Assembly: GCA_951406725.2 (NCBI GenBank)
Contig: OX597832.1
Coordinates: forward strand, 3,038,001-3,102,000
Length of the DNA: 64,000 nucleotides
Direction: 5' to 3'
Source of the DNA: Octopus vulgaris
Lineage: Eukaryota
Shown here: in pieces, positions 14,539 to 27,002 of the stretch
Layout of the letters: each line of letters begins with the position of its first letter
How positions within the stretch are numbered: the first letter of the stretch is position 1
Translations under genes and position numbers: made by a program
Notes under the pieces: generated by a model
What the model was told of the DNA's origin: nothing
What the model saw: the letters and a program-made list of their open reading frames with translations, nothing else
Databases searched by the model: none

Positions 14539-14589
14539 GCATTCTGAAGAGATTTACTTAAACCAGTAAATCGAAACGATTGTAAATGC
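14539..14589 (+). ncRNA. Minimal type I hammerhead ribozyme (Penelope pseudo-LTR type)
   Basis: GCAUU-CUGAAGA-GAUUUACU(uaaacc)AGUAAAUC-GAAA-C(gauu)G-UA-AAUGC: 5-bp stem I, perfect 8-bp stem II, very short stem III, GUA cleavage site after 14584. Confidence 0.8.
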
Positions 14590-15092
14590 TACCTTCATCT
14601 CTGATTCCTCCTTTTTGTTATCTAATTAAATTAAAGGCATCAGGTGTGACAAAATGACGAGTGAGTAAAGTTTAGTGTGAGTGAGGAAATCATGGAAAAG
14701 ATGATTTAAAATGGATTATGAAGATGTAGAGTGGAATGTGCATAGGAAGGTGAAAGAGAGGAGAAAAAGATGGAATAAGCAAGAAGGAGAAGGTGGTTGA
14801 GGATGTGGTGTATTTTCGAGAGATTGAAACGAATGGTGGCACAGATAAGTGGGTAGGACATAGTATGGGGGATGGCCGAAATAGAATGGGGATGAGGTGG
14901 AGGCAGCAACTGAGAAAGGAAACCTGGCTAGAGAGCAGTGTCCTTTTGAAAATCCCTAAGGAAAAGTTGAAAGTAGCAGGAAGGTGTTTCTTTAGGCATT
15001 TTTTAGGTGTTTGATAGACGTCTGTGATGGGGTATGAACTGAAAGGTGGAAGTTTTCTCTATTAAATGAAATGTTTAAAATTTACCTTATAG

Positions 15093-15191
15093 GTGGGTGA
15101 TGTGCGTTTATGTTGTTTGAAGGCACTTCAACCTCTCTATGATACCAGGGATCTGGCACCCAAACTAGAACTCTTCACCAACAGGTTCAAG
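15093..15191 (+). CDS. STAG1: SA/STAG exon ([33 protein letters not shown])
   Basis: ttatag acceptor, gtaagg donor, phase 0/0. Confidence 0.93.
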
Positions 15192-15477
15192 GTAAGGAAA
15201 TTATTTGCTTTGTAATATTTGTGACTCACATTTTTATTATAAATCTTTGTGGTGAATTGCATGAATTGACTTTTTATAAATCACTGCTGTTTGTAAAGTG
15301 TTTTGTTTCCACATTATACTCTACTACAGAACATACTTATAGATTTTAGCCAATGCCATGTATAATAGACAGATGTATACCTTTATATATATGCATATAT
15401 ACGTAATATATATACAGATATATATGTAATATTTTTGTGGACTGTAAAAGAGCAATCAATGTTGTTGTTGTTGTTAG

Positions 15478-15720
15478 TAGCATAGTGGTTAAGAGTGTAC
15501 AGGCTACTAACCCCAAGATTCTGAGTTTGATTCTAAGCAGTGGCTTGAATAATAATGATGATGATGAAGATGACGTAATGATGATGACGAGGAGAACAAC
15601 AACAACATCTTAGGAATGAGAGCCCAGGTTTGAAATTTCCCCAAGACACCTGATGAAGGCTGGAGGGTATGTCAGTCGAAGTGTTGTGTTAACAACAAAC
15701 AACATGAGCTACTAATATCC
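15478..15720 (+). mobile_element. tRNA-headed SINE-like element with decayed hammerhead-like 3' part
   Basis: Box A TAGCATAGTGG (15478-15488), box B-like GAGTTTGATTCT (15523-15534), (AAT/GAT)n spacer, then GACAC-CTGATGA-aGGCTG...CAGTC-GAAGTGTT-GTGTT. Confidence 0.6.
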
Positions 15721-16119
15721 ATCAGTCAGAGATTAGTTTTAATCTTGTAGTTTTTGAGAGATTTCTTCAGAATCAAGTACACTTTTTTATTGTCCATAGG
15801 GACACTAACTTATAAGCCCACTATTACAAAGAGCTTGAGTAAATCAGGTAAATCAGTTTACACATTCTTAGCCACTAGTTTTATAATTTCTTTTTCTCTC
15901 CATAAAAATATCATATATAAAGACAAGGCATTTACATCTAGTGTAGCATTGAATATTTTATGTAAAATTATTGAAAAGAAATTAAAAATTAATATTCATT
16001 ATAAATTCACTAAAATGTATTTATTTTCTAAACATCTACAGTTTTTGTAAGGCAAAAGTTATCGTTCTGGCTATTTTGTTACCATTATTAACAGTTTTGG
16101 TAATTCCATGTTTTTGTAG

Positions 16120-16199
16120 GATCGAATTGTGGAAATGACACTTGACAAAGAATATGAGGTCGCTGTCCAGGCTGTAAAACTGGTGATTAGCATTTTAAG
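16120..16199 (+). CDS. STAG1: SA/STAG exon (DRIVEMTLDKEYEVAVQAVKLVISIL)
   Basis: ttgtag acceptor, gtaaaa donor, phase 0/2. Confidence 0.94.
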
Positions 16200-16994
16200 G
16201 TAAAATTTATGATTTTTTTCTTCCAGATATGTTTTCTTCTCTTTCTTTTAATTGCATCGCTTAACTGTTTTTCTAATTGTTAGGAAGTGAAATTGTAGGG
16301 GAAAGAGATAATGCAAATAAAGCTGTAGGTTGTTATTATTCACGGTAAAGATGTTGATGGATTGGAGTTCCAGAGATGAAGCGTTTAGAGAGAAGGACTT
16401 TTTAATGCTTATTAGAGTGTTGTTCGTTAACGTAGTTGTAAAACATTACTCGCCTTCTTGTGAACCTAGTTTTGTTTATTTTTTGGATATTAGTGTAATA
16501 CAGAAACATGGATGTAAGCAAATGCCATGGTGCAGTAGTTTTCAGAATGTATGCTAGATTGCAGATTGTGACAAGCAAAGAAACTAGTGTTCACATTTAG
16601 AATTGAATACAGTCAGCAACTTCTAAAAAGCAGACACCTGCTTTCCCATGTGTGCATGGGTCCAATGAAAGTAAGTTGGAACAGATTATTCTATGGCTAG
16701 ATGTCCTTCCTATTGCCAACCCCCCACCTTTGATGTAATAATCTAGTTTGTGGAACAGCAAACAGCTTGAACATGTTTACATCGTGAACTAGAAGCAAAT
16801 GTCACCAAAATGAGCCTTCTGTTTACAAAGATTTGTGCAGTGTCAAGAAGCCTGGACATACTTTCTTAATGGACTGCAAGTATATGACACTGCTAGTGAA
16901 GCCATTGCTTATAGTAGTAAGCAAAACAAATGTGTAGAAATACGGAATCATTCACACTTAAAAACACACACACAGACAGGCAGAGAGAGAGAGA

Positions 16995-17150
16995 GCTTCT
17001 TTCAGGTTCTGTCTACCAGATTCACTCACAAGTCTTTGGTTAACCTAGGGCTTCAGTAAAAGACACTTGCCCAATGTGCCATACAGTGGGACTGGACCCA
17101 AAACCATGTTGTTGGGAAGCTAACATATTACCATACAGTCACACCTGTGC
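16995..17150 (-). mobile_element. CORE-type tRNA SINE fragment
   Basis: Reverse complement of the 22135 family (GACACTTGCCCAA...AGTGGGACT). Confidence 0.7.
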
Positions 17151-17195
17151 CTATACACACACACACAGCATTGCCAAATTACCATTTATATATGC

Positions 17196-17381
17196 GGGTG
17201 GCACATAAAAAGCACCCACTACACTCATGGAGTGGTTGGCGTTAGGAAGGGCATCCAGCCGTAGAAACACTGCCAGATTTGACTGGGCCTGATGAAGCCT
17301 TCTGGCTTCACAGACCCCAGTAGAACCGTCCAACCCATGCTAGCATGGAAAGCGGACGCTAAACGATGATGATGATGATGA
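17196..17381 (+). mobile_element. RTE 3' tail fragment
   Basis: AAAAGCACCCACTACACTC...CCCATGCTAGCATGGAAAGCGGACGCTAAAC(GAT)n. Confidence 0.85.
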
Positions 17382-18459
17382 TATATATCAGACAAAATAA
17401 TTTGCTGTTTTTGTTTTGCATCTCTGTGCTCTGAGTTCAAATTCTACCAAGGCCAGTTTTAGTTTTAATTCTTTGATGATTGAAGTACCAACCCAGAATG
17501 AGGATTAGTAGAAATTGTTATAGCATTGAGCAAAATGCTGTGTAGTATCTGTTTCAGTTCTTTACTTTTTAAATTCACCTTTGATAAACACTGCTACCGA
17601 GTTTTATTGGCTATGCCTTTCCAGGGGCAGTGTGGGTGGATTTGTTACATTGGCAACAACTGGTCATAAACTTTCCAAGTACTGATACAGTGTCAACACT
17701 GATGGACAGAAGTCTTCATATTTATAAGAAATGCTAAACACAGTTTGCAGTGATGGAAGTTTTTGTTAAGTTGTTCAGAATTAGCAAGTTTTTTGTACCA
17801 TTGTAGTTTCTGTATTCTAGTAATGGTTTGGCTTTGGTATCATCATCATTATTTAGCATCTGTTGTCTATGCTGACAGAGGTTGGACCCACAGTTGTATT
17901 AAAATATAAATTCAGAACCCTATTGAAGATTATTTTTGGATATATCTGTAAATGAAGGTCATGTAAGTTGCAGGTAGTATGTCCCTTAGCATCGGTATTT
18001 TAAACTTTTTCTAGCAGAGATAGTCATTCTGCAGCTTACATCAAAAGGATGAGTTGAATTTAGCACTGCACACTATGAAACCTACTTTGGTAGTGAGCCA
18101 TAGCTATATTATAACTGTGAACTTAACCATTTGTTGTAGGTTAAATGTCTTAGCCAGTGCTAGTGGAAGTATATGCACCACTGACTTTCTAACTGCTAGT
18201 CTAGTACCCTATCCACTTAGATATTTACAATCTCTGAAGGATGTGTAGGCTTTTGTATATTTAGCTATCAGCCTAAGTATTCTCTCATCTTGATGTGCAT
18301 AGCAACATGGCTTGTTGTCTGTCCCTGTTTTATTAAATGACTAAATGGGAAGTAGACATATGAAGACTTACTGCTAAATAATTCGGTGAGGTATAACTCA
18401 TTACTTCAAAGTCTTGTTAAATCTTACAAATTTACTATTTTTAATCTTTGTTTTTCCAG

Positions 18460-18682
18460 ATATAATGAGTCAGTGTTAACTGACAAGGACTGTGAAAACG
18501 TCTATGAGTTGGTTTACTCTTCCCATAGACAAGTAGCTCAAGCTGCTGGGGAGTTTTTGAATGCTAAACTTTTCCAAAAGGATGATGAAAGTCTACGTTG
18601 CCTCAAAATTAGCAAAGGCAAGCGTCGCAGTCCTAATACTCCTCTGATCAGAGATTTGGTGCAGTTTTTCATTGAAAGTGAG
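18460..18682 (+). CDS. STAG1: SA/STAG exon (YNESVLTDKDCENVYELVYSSHRQ...DLVQFFIESE)
   Basis: ttccag acceptor, gtaagg donor, phase 2/0. Confidence 0.96.
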
Positions 18683-18815
18683 GTAAGGCTCTTATTTTTT
18701 CTTTATTCTGTACATTTTTTAACTATTTAATATCTTTAATATTCAGTAAGATTTAATCTTTGAATTGAACTGTTATTGAATGTTAATTATTTAATTTATT
18801 GTCTTATTTGGTTAG

Positions 18816-18930
18816 CTTCATGAACATGGTGCTTATTTGGTGGATAGTCTTTGGGACATCAATGACATGATGAAAGATTGGGAATGTATGACTGATTTAC
18901 TTTTGGAGGATACAGGGAAAGATGAAGAAT
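18816..18930 (+). CDS. STAG1: SA/STAG exon ([38 protein letters not shown])
   Basis: ggttag acceptor, gtaagt donor, phase 0/1. Confidence 0.96.
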
Positions 18931-20194
18931 GTAAGTACATTTTCCAAACAAACTTATGGTCTTCATAGGTCAGTGATTTGTGGTTGTATAGTAACCCAGG
19001 AATATGAATTCTCAAGTGATTATTGATGGATGACTTCTTAAGCCTGATAAACTGGCCGTAATATATATTTGATGAGAGCAAATAAAAGTTGTTTTAATTT
19101 CCTTGAAAATGCTAAAGATACCAAAGTTTTCCTCCTTCCTCTCAATTGATATTGGTAATAAGTTAAGTGACTAAAAATCATTAGTTTAAATGACATCTAA
19201 ATTAACATAATAAGCTGTCTAATCTGATTGACTAAAGGTATAGAAAGGACTAATGGTGAGAAATCACCAGATGTCTTTTATAGCAGTTCATTGATTCTGC
19301 TCTCTTTTTTTTTTTTTTTTTTTTTTTGTTAAGTTTGAATCTTATTCATGTAGTTCAACCAATCATAATTCCACCTACGATGTGCGTCTTACATATTTAA
19401 ATCTGTTGAAACTGAGATCTGCTCCTACTTGGTGATGTGATGTATGCTTTGGTAACTTAACTTTAACGCAAGATAGTCATTTGCTGATGCTTACAGTCTT
19501 CTATTTTCTGATCTGTTCTGTTCAAGTAGTGATTAATTGAATGTAATTTCAGTAAACTTTCCAAATAAAAACAATCTTAGGGAAGGCTTTTAGATGCTGT
19601 TATTGTAAATTTTTCATTGTCTATGAATTATTTTTAAATATATTTATATATAAATTTAAATACAAATGTATTTATAAATAAGGAGGGATATAGTAAATAT
19701 AATATAGAAATAGATTATAATGAATACTACTTTATTAGCTGCGAAGTAAGCAGTAAGCAATTGGCTAGGTAGCATTTTCCAAATTGTGGAAATGGATGTC
19801 AACAAACTGATGAGTTGCTAATAATTTTCTTTACTGTATGATGATTTTTTAAAGTGTCACTCGCTTGAATTGTCCATTATACTTGATGCTGTTATTTTGG
19901 AAGTTTACTATACTTTCCAATTCAACCCAAACTGGATTACCAGAAACCTTGGTTGTTGACAGTGTTCTTAGCAGTGTTTTATTATCAAAGAAGCTGGTGA
20001 TTAATTTGTTACACTGTTAATTCAGCACAACACAATATTGTTCTTTATACTACTGGTATAAGTTAAAGAACTAGTGCTGAGAAGAAAGAGCATAATCATT
20101 CATTAACATCTACTTTTGATAGTGATGTGATGTATACTTATAAACGACATAGTTTTACATTCTGGTTTCTTTACGTCTCCATATATTTGTGTAG

Positions 20195-20298
20195 CTCTTG
20201 ATGATCGCCGTGAAACAAGTCTTATAGAAATAATGGTATGTTGTGTGAAGCAAGCAGCGACAGGTGAATCTCCTGTTGGTCGTGGACCTAACAGAAAG
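20195..20298 (+). CDS. STAG1: SA/STAG exon (LDDRRETSLIEIMVCCVKQAATGESPVGRGPNRK)
   Basis: gtgtag acceptor, gtatgg donor, phase 1/0. Confidence 0.95.
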
Positions 20299-20329
20299 GT
20301 ATGGTTCTGCTTTTTTTCTTGGAATTTAA

Positions 20330-21516
20330 CCCTTTCGTTACTATATTTCTGACCAAAATACACCCCTCATGAGCTTCAATTAAATTCTAAAATAATCATG
20401 AATTTAGACTAGTTTCATTAAACAACTGTAACTTTTTTTACTTATCAACATATTAATGTAATATTTGGAACATAATTAAAGAAAGGGTTCTTAATCAATT
20501 CTATTGCATAACTTTTGTCTCAAAGTGACTCTAATTACAAGTAAATTCAGGTAAACTGAGCAAAAGGTAAAAATATAAAAATTTTGTTTAAACATCATAG
20601 AAAATTAATCATCAGCTAATATTCAATTGGATATGCAACAAAATTTTGATATAGAAGAATTGTGCTCATCACTAGATTTTCAGCTGAATTTAATGCACAA
20701 AAGAACAGGTGTACTATAAAGGTGAAATAAACTGAAATACAGGAATCTACCTAAATCCACTGCAAGTTTGACTGAACTAAAAAAATCGGTCAGAAAATAA
20801 CATACAGCTCTGGTTATGGTATGGAAGTGATAAATTCCAGACCACATTGTACCCTAGGCCATGCTGACTAACATTATTTTACCTGTATAAAAACTAAATC
20901 CACTGCAGTACTCAGTATTTGCTTCACAAATTTTCCAAACTTTGATCCCCCATTTCGTGGGATTTCCTGGCATATACTCTTTGTTTACATTCTGTGTAAC
21001 AGTTTGTTTCTGCAGTGATCACTTCAAACAAGCATACTGAAAAAATAAAAGTCTAATGGTTTCGTTTCCTAAGAAAGACTATGGATAGACCCCATCTCTT
21101 CAGAAAAATTGCTAATAAAATCATTTTTAAAGTTTTTACTTCATTCTGATGCAAAATCATCTTTGCTGTCGCAATCGCCGCTTTCAGTTTTGGATACAGA
21201 AGTATCCCATTCATTCTTGTACACCACATGCTTTTGTACCTCGTTCATTCTTTTTCTCGATATCTCCATATTTTCCGTTGAAAAACATTTAAATTTGGAA
21301 TCACTGCTTGATAGCATGAAACTCCTATCCATTTTCAAAGTTGGAAAAAAATCAACACCGAAAAAATGTGGGGAAAAAATCTCCCAAAATTCACTGAGTT
21401 CAGATATCACATCAAGCAATGTCGTATACTATAACTCATCTATTTACAAAGTGAAATCACATTTAAATAACAAGGAGTATTCTCGGCCAGCCACGGCCGG
21501 GTTAGTATCGAAAGGG
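20330..21516. mobile_element. piggyBac-like non-autonomous DNA transposon
   Basis: TTAA at 20326-20329 and 21517-21520; TIRs CCCTTTCGTTACT and AGTATCGAAAGGG. Confidence 0.75.
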
Positions 21517-22134
21517 TTAATAATCTCTGTATAATAACAACCAATATAAACGTTTGGTTGGTTAATTTCTCCAGTCCTGCTTTACATCAATGTTTATCAG
21601 CCTTTTTTTACCTGTGATTCCTTTAATTTCTATTTTACTCTCGTAAAAAAATCTTCTATTTTTATAATTAGATATTATTAGGAATTGTTTAAAGACAATT
21701 GTTAATATATTTTGTGTTTTGTAGAAGTATAAGCAATTTATTGCCGATAAATTTCAACAGCAAAATCTTATTTGGACCCTGGTTGAGAACTACTGCCTTA
21801 CATCATATATATATAGAGAGAGAGGTGGGGGTAGTAAAAGGAAGATAGAGAGAGTTGTTAATGTAAAAAGTCAAAAAAGGAACATTGAAGTTGACAAGTA
21901 GTTGTATGAGGAGAGTTAAGATGATAAAAGTTAAGTGATCAATGGACACCTAGTATTGTTGAAGTTTCTAAATTCTTATGATATCCAGGCTCAGTCCCAC
22001 TGCATTGGGCAAGTGTCTTCTACTATAGCTTCGTGCTGACTAAAGCTTTGTGAGTGAATTTGGTAGACAGAAACTGAAAGAAGCCTGCTGTGTATGTGCG
22101 TGTTTGTCTACTACCACTGGTGTTAGTTTGTTTG

Positions 22135-22522
22135 AGGTTGGCTGTGTGGTAAGTAGCTTGCTAACCAACCACATGGTTCCGGGTTCAGTCCCACTGCGTG
22201 GTATCTTGGGCAAGTGTCTTCTGCTATAGCCCCGGGCCGACCAATGCCTTGTGAGTGGATTTGGTAGATGGAAACTGAAAGAAGCCTGTCGTATATATGT
22301 ATATATATATATATATGTGTTTGTGTGTCTGTGTTTGTCCCCCTAGCATTGCTTGACAACCGATGCTGGTGTGTTTACGTCCCCGTCACTTAGCGGTTCA
22401 GCAAAAGAGACCAATAGAATAAGTACTGGGCTTAGAAAGAATAAGTCCCGGGGTCGATTTGCTCGACTAAAGGCGGTGCTTCAGCATGGCTGCAGTCAAA
22501 TGACTGAAACAAGTAATAGAGT
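22135..22522 (+). mobile_element. CORE-type tRNA SINE (a truncated copy precedes it at ~21985-22110)
   Basis: TGGCTGTGTGGTAAG box A, GGTTCAGTCCC box B-like, CTTGGGCAAGTG core motif, 3' tail GGCGGTGCTTCAGCATGGC...TGACTGAAAC. Confidence 0.82.
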
Positions 22523-22797
22523 AATATGGAGAGAGAGAAGGGGGTTGATTTTATACTTGTCTTCAGAAAGGAAACTTCTTTCTTCTTCTCAATGATAGTA
22601 TGTCTCACTTAGCACTGGATCCACTATAAGAGATGGGTTCGTACAGCTTCAAATTTATTGTTAAGGTGCTTTTCTTACAAGTTTTGTCTTAATAGCAATG
22701 TTGTAAATTTGGTTGAATACTTGGAGAGATTTTTGTTTAGCTGTCTGAGAAAGAGATAAATAATATAAATTTATGTTCTGATTTGTTTTAATTTTAG

Positions 22798-22887
22798 CTT
22801 ACTGCAAAAGAGAATAAACTGGTACTTGAAGATAAAACTAAACTTACAGAACATTTCATTCAAACATTGCCACTGATGTTATTAAAA
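22798..22887 (+). CDS. STAG1: SA/STAG exon (LTAKENKLVLEDKTKLTEHFIQTLPLMLLK)
   Basis: ttttag acceptor, gtaaga donor, phase 0/0. Confidence 0.95.
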
Positions 22888-23152
22888 GTAAGATTTTTTT
22901 GTTTTCATTATAACCATTTGCAAATATGGTATCAAAAATCAATGCTAGTATTGAGTTTTTCTATAAAAGTGGGTAGTAGTTTCAGTGTCATGAAATGACT
23001 CAGATTTATAAGGAGCAGATACTTAAATGTATGCATCAATTTATGAATAATGTTCTTAAGAATTTTGAAGCTTAAATTTTTTAAATTGATCATATCTCTG
23101 TATAAAAAGAAAACTTTTTGTATGTTTCTTCTTTTCTTTTTGTAAACAACAG

Positions 23153-23242
23153 TATTTAATGGACTCAGAGAAAGTTGCTAATCTTCTACAAATTCCACAA
23201 TATTTTGATTTGGATATCTATACATCTAGCCGCCAAGAAAAG
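23153..23242 (+). CDS. STAG1: SA/STAG exon ([30 protein letters not shown])
   Basis: caacag acceptor, gtaata donor, phase 0/0. Confidence 0.96.
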
Positions 23243-23349
23243 GTAATAGACTTGAAAATGATATTTTTATATAGATATTATTTGTATTTATTTGGAGTAA
23301 TACATACCTCATACATAGTTTTTATCACATTACTTTCAATAATATCCAC

Positions 23350-24540
23350 AAACTAGAAGTAGTTGATAGCTTCCGTTACCTAGGTGACCAAGTCAGTAGC
23401 GGAGGAGGGTGCGCTGAAAGTGTAGCTACTAGAATAAGAATAGCTTGGGCAAAGTTCAGAGAGCTCTTACCTCTGATGGTGACAAAGGGCCTCTCGCTCA
23501 GAGTAAAAGGTAGACACGGCAGTGAAACATGGGCTGTGACTGCTGAGGACATGCGTAAGCTCGTGAGGAATGAAGCCAGTATGATCTGATGGATGTGTAA
23601 TGTCAGTGTACATACTCAACAGAGTGTAAGTACCTTGAGAGAAAAGTTGGACCTAAGAAGCATTAGATGTGGTGTGCAAGAGAGACGACTGCGCTGGTAT
23701 GGTCATGTGGTGAGAATGGATGAGGATAGCTGTGTGAAAAAGTGCCACACCCTAGTGGTTGAGGGAACCTGTGGAAGAGGTAGACCCTGGAAGACCTGGG
23801 ATGAAGTGGTGAAGCACGACCTTCGAACATTAGGCCTCACCAAGGAAATGACTAGCAACCGAAACTTTTGGAAATATGCTGTGCTTGAGAAGACCCGGCA
23901 AGCCAAATGAGACCATAACCTGTGGCCTATGCCAGGAGCATAACCAGCCCACTTATGCGTGCCTTTTCCTTCTTTGGTTACTAAACGCTGCTTGCAAAGA
24001 CCTGTCGAGGCAAGTGAAATCAAATTCGATGACTGGCATCCATGCTAGCGGGGTGCAAAGAGCACCATACGAGCGTGATCATTGACAGAGCGGCTTCCGT
24101 GCCAGTGGCACATAAAAAGGGCACCATTCGAGTATGATTGTTACTAGCATCACCTTACTGGCACTTGTGCCTGTGCTAGTAGGGTGCCAAGATCACCATC
24201 TGAGCGTGATCATTGCCAGAGCAGCCAACTAGCACGTAAAAGGGCACCATTCGAGTGTGATCGTTACCAACGTTGCTTCACTGGCACCTGTGTCGGTGGC
24301 ACGTGTAAAAAGATTCGAGCAAGGTTATTGCCAGTACCGCCTAACTGGCCCCCATGCCGGTGGCACGTAAAAAGCACCCACTACACTCGGAGTAGTTGGC
24401 GTTAGGAAGGGCATCCAGCTGTAGAAACTCTGCCAGATCAAGATGGAGCCTGGTGCAGCCATCTGGTTCGCCAGCTCTCAGTCAAAATTGTCCAACCCAT
24501 GCTAGCATGGAAAGTGGATGTTAAACGGTGATGATGATGA
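23350..24540 (+). mobile_element. 5'-truncated RTE-clade LINE (RT C-terminus, 3' UTR, (GAT)n tail)
   Basis: [12 protein letters not shown]...RIRIAWAKFRELLPL; RRLRWYGHVVRM; G.CGRGRP.KTW. Confidence 0.9.
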
Positions 24541-24616
24541 GGAGGATGAAGATCTCATTTTTGACTAATGCTGCTTTAGCATTTGGCTATTTTAAGCTAT
24601 CTCCAGAAATGTTCAT

Positions 24617-24985
24617 ATCATCATCATCATCATTTAACATCTGCTTTCCATGCTAGCATGGGTTGGACGATTTGACTGAGGACTGGTGAACCAGATGGCT
24701 GCGCCAGGCTCCAATCTGATCTGGCAGAGTTTCTACAACTGGGTGCTTTTACGTGCCACCGGCACGAGGGCCAGTCTGGCAGTACTGGCAACAGCTACGC
24801 TTGAAAATGGTGTTTTTTATGAGTCACCTGCACAGGAGTCAGTCCAGTGGTACTGGCAACGACCTCGCTCGAATGTTTTGTTCACGTGCCACCAGCACAA
24901 GTGCCAGTAAGGCGACGCTGGTAATGATCACGCTCAAATGGTGCTTTTTACGTGCCCACTGACGCTGAAGCCAGACAGCTGCTTC
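24617..24985 (-). mobile_element. RTE 3' UTR fragment, inverted relative to the preceding copy
   Basis: (CAT)n TTAACATCTGCTTTCCATGCTAGCATGGGTTGGAC is the reverse complement of the RTE tail. Confidence 0.85.
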
Positions 24986-26942
24986 GAATGAATAATGAAT
25001 TTTAAAATTGTTATTACCAGAACATGCTTAAAACACTAGAAGTATCTAACACCATAAAAGTGTTATTTCCATGCAGAACTACAAGTATCAATGAAAAACC
25101 AAAACGAGAAAATTATATTTAATGTAGTTGCTCTCTTGAAAGTTTGAGCTAGTTGTTGAAAAGCAGTTTCTGGGTAAACGTTTTGCCAGTGAAAGAAGAA
25201 TACAAGCCTGGTGCAAGTTGAGCTTTGACTCTTAGCTTTTAGATATAAAATTTCTTGCTGCTATAATCACTGTCATCATTTTGCTCCTGCTTCTCTATGT
25301 TGGCAAGAGATGAACAGGTCATTATGATCTGAATAAAATCTTATTGAAGGCTACTGCTCTCTTCGACAAATCACAAACCACATCTTACTTGTACTTCCCA
25401 TTTTTGAGACAGCTTCTCTGAGTGGATGACATTCTTAACACCATCCACTTCACAGTGTACTGGGTGCATTTTGTTGTGAAACCAGCACTGAAGACATCTT
25501 GTTCTTGGTGAGACTAAAAAGTCACCTCTACCTTCTATTGTTTCTGTTTATTCATTCACTAGCAGTAAGAGTTGTCTCTCTCCTGGCATTTTTTTTTCAT
25601 CAAACTACAGAATCGAACCAGGATGTTCAGAGTAAAAAAAGTTGTAACAGAAAGTAATGGAAGTGGGTGATAGAGAACTGCAATGATGATGATTGGTAGT
25701 AAGAAGATTGAATTGGAGCAACATAACTAGAGGGTGATAGAAAAGAGATTACAGTGGTGAGAGAGAGATTGTTGTTGGTAAGGCAATTGAATAGAATCAA
25801 GTTGTGGGAGTGGCAGTGGTGATTGTGGGGAAGAGAGTAATAAAAGAGAGAAAGAATAGTAGAAGAGGGAGTAATGTAAGGGAGAGTAATTGACGGATGT
25901 TAACAATGAGTGACAAAGGTTGGAGTAATGGAAGAGAGTGTGTGATGAGATGCAATAAAGAGAATAGTGATGACAAAGAGGCGATTGTTGAATACAGACA
26001 TCCAGTGCATTTGGAGAAAGATGGAATGATAGATGCAAGGGAAGTAAATAACAATGATGGTTGGTGGACGGGAGACTTAATATACATGATGGGTGAAAAA
26101 GACATGAGTGTACTGTAGATATTACACATCCCAACCTCTACCCTCACCACCACCATTTTTTTCTTTTATCCTTTTTCTAACTATGCATAGTTTAAGCATA
26201 TACTTCTTCAGCACAGTGTTTCACCCTATGTCTTTCTTGATTCCCCTCTTCCACAAGTTCCTTCAACTTGGAGTGCTTGGTACTTCTTTATTACAGCTCG
26301 GTTTTGTACACAACACTTCATTTCTCTTATATACAGCTTTTATCTCCACTCAATTGGCTTCCATTGTTCATGTGCACTAATGTTACGTATCTAGTGACCT
26401 CTGCTTGCCTCATTTTTTCACAAATCTTTTGAACTCAAGGCTGAATTCTTACTACTTGCATTTCATACTCAACTAACATAAACTTTGTTCTTTACTCACA
26501 GAAAGAAACTTTTTCTTGCTAGTCGAAACAATAGGTCCCATAACTTTTTTCAGCTTGTTACACTAGCAGCTATGCTTTCAGAATGCTTTGCTCTATTCCT
26601 AATTATCAAGTGTACTCTTACTATTAATTATTCTTCTACATCTACTTATGAAATCTACTTCCCTTGTTAGCCTGCTTGTGGTACTTTTTGTGCATCCATA
26701 ATTTACACTGGATACATTATATGGAATTTTTACTTATTCCTTTTCTTGAATTCAAGTATAACCATTCCTTCAATAGCTGCAGAGCTAAGTTTACTTTAAG
26801 ATCTCTTGATTCTATTTTGCTTCTGAGTCTGGAATTTCCTGTCATCTTTGTTGAAAATGTGATAACTGCAAAAATAGCAGGCATATATTATATATGGCTT
26901 TCATTCTGCAATCTTAATTTTTTTTTTCTTTTCCTTCTGCAG

Positions 26943-27002
26943 AATCTTGAAGCATTATTAAGATACCTACATGAAATTGTTGAAAAACACACAGATTCTG
27001 AA
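26943..27002 (+). CDS. STAG1: SA/STAG exon (NLEALLRYLHEIVEKHTDSE)
   Basis: ctgcag acceptor, gtaagg donor, phase 0/0. Confidence 0.94.

Noticed and set aside
17289-17300. CTGATGA in an RTE tail as a hammerhead core
   Set aside because: Other copies read CTGGTGCA here; no GAAA box or stems follow.
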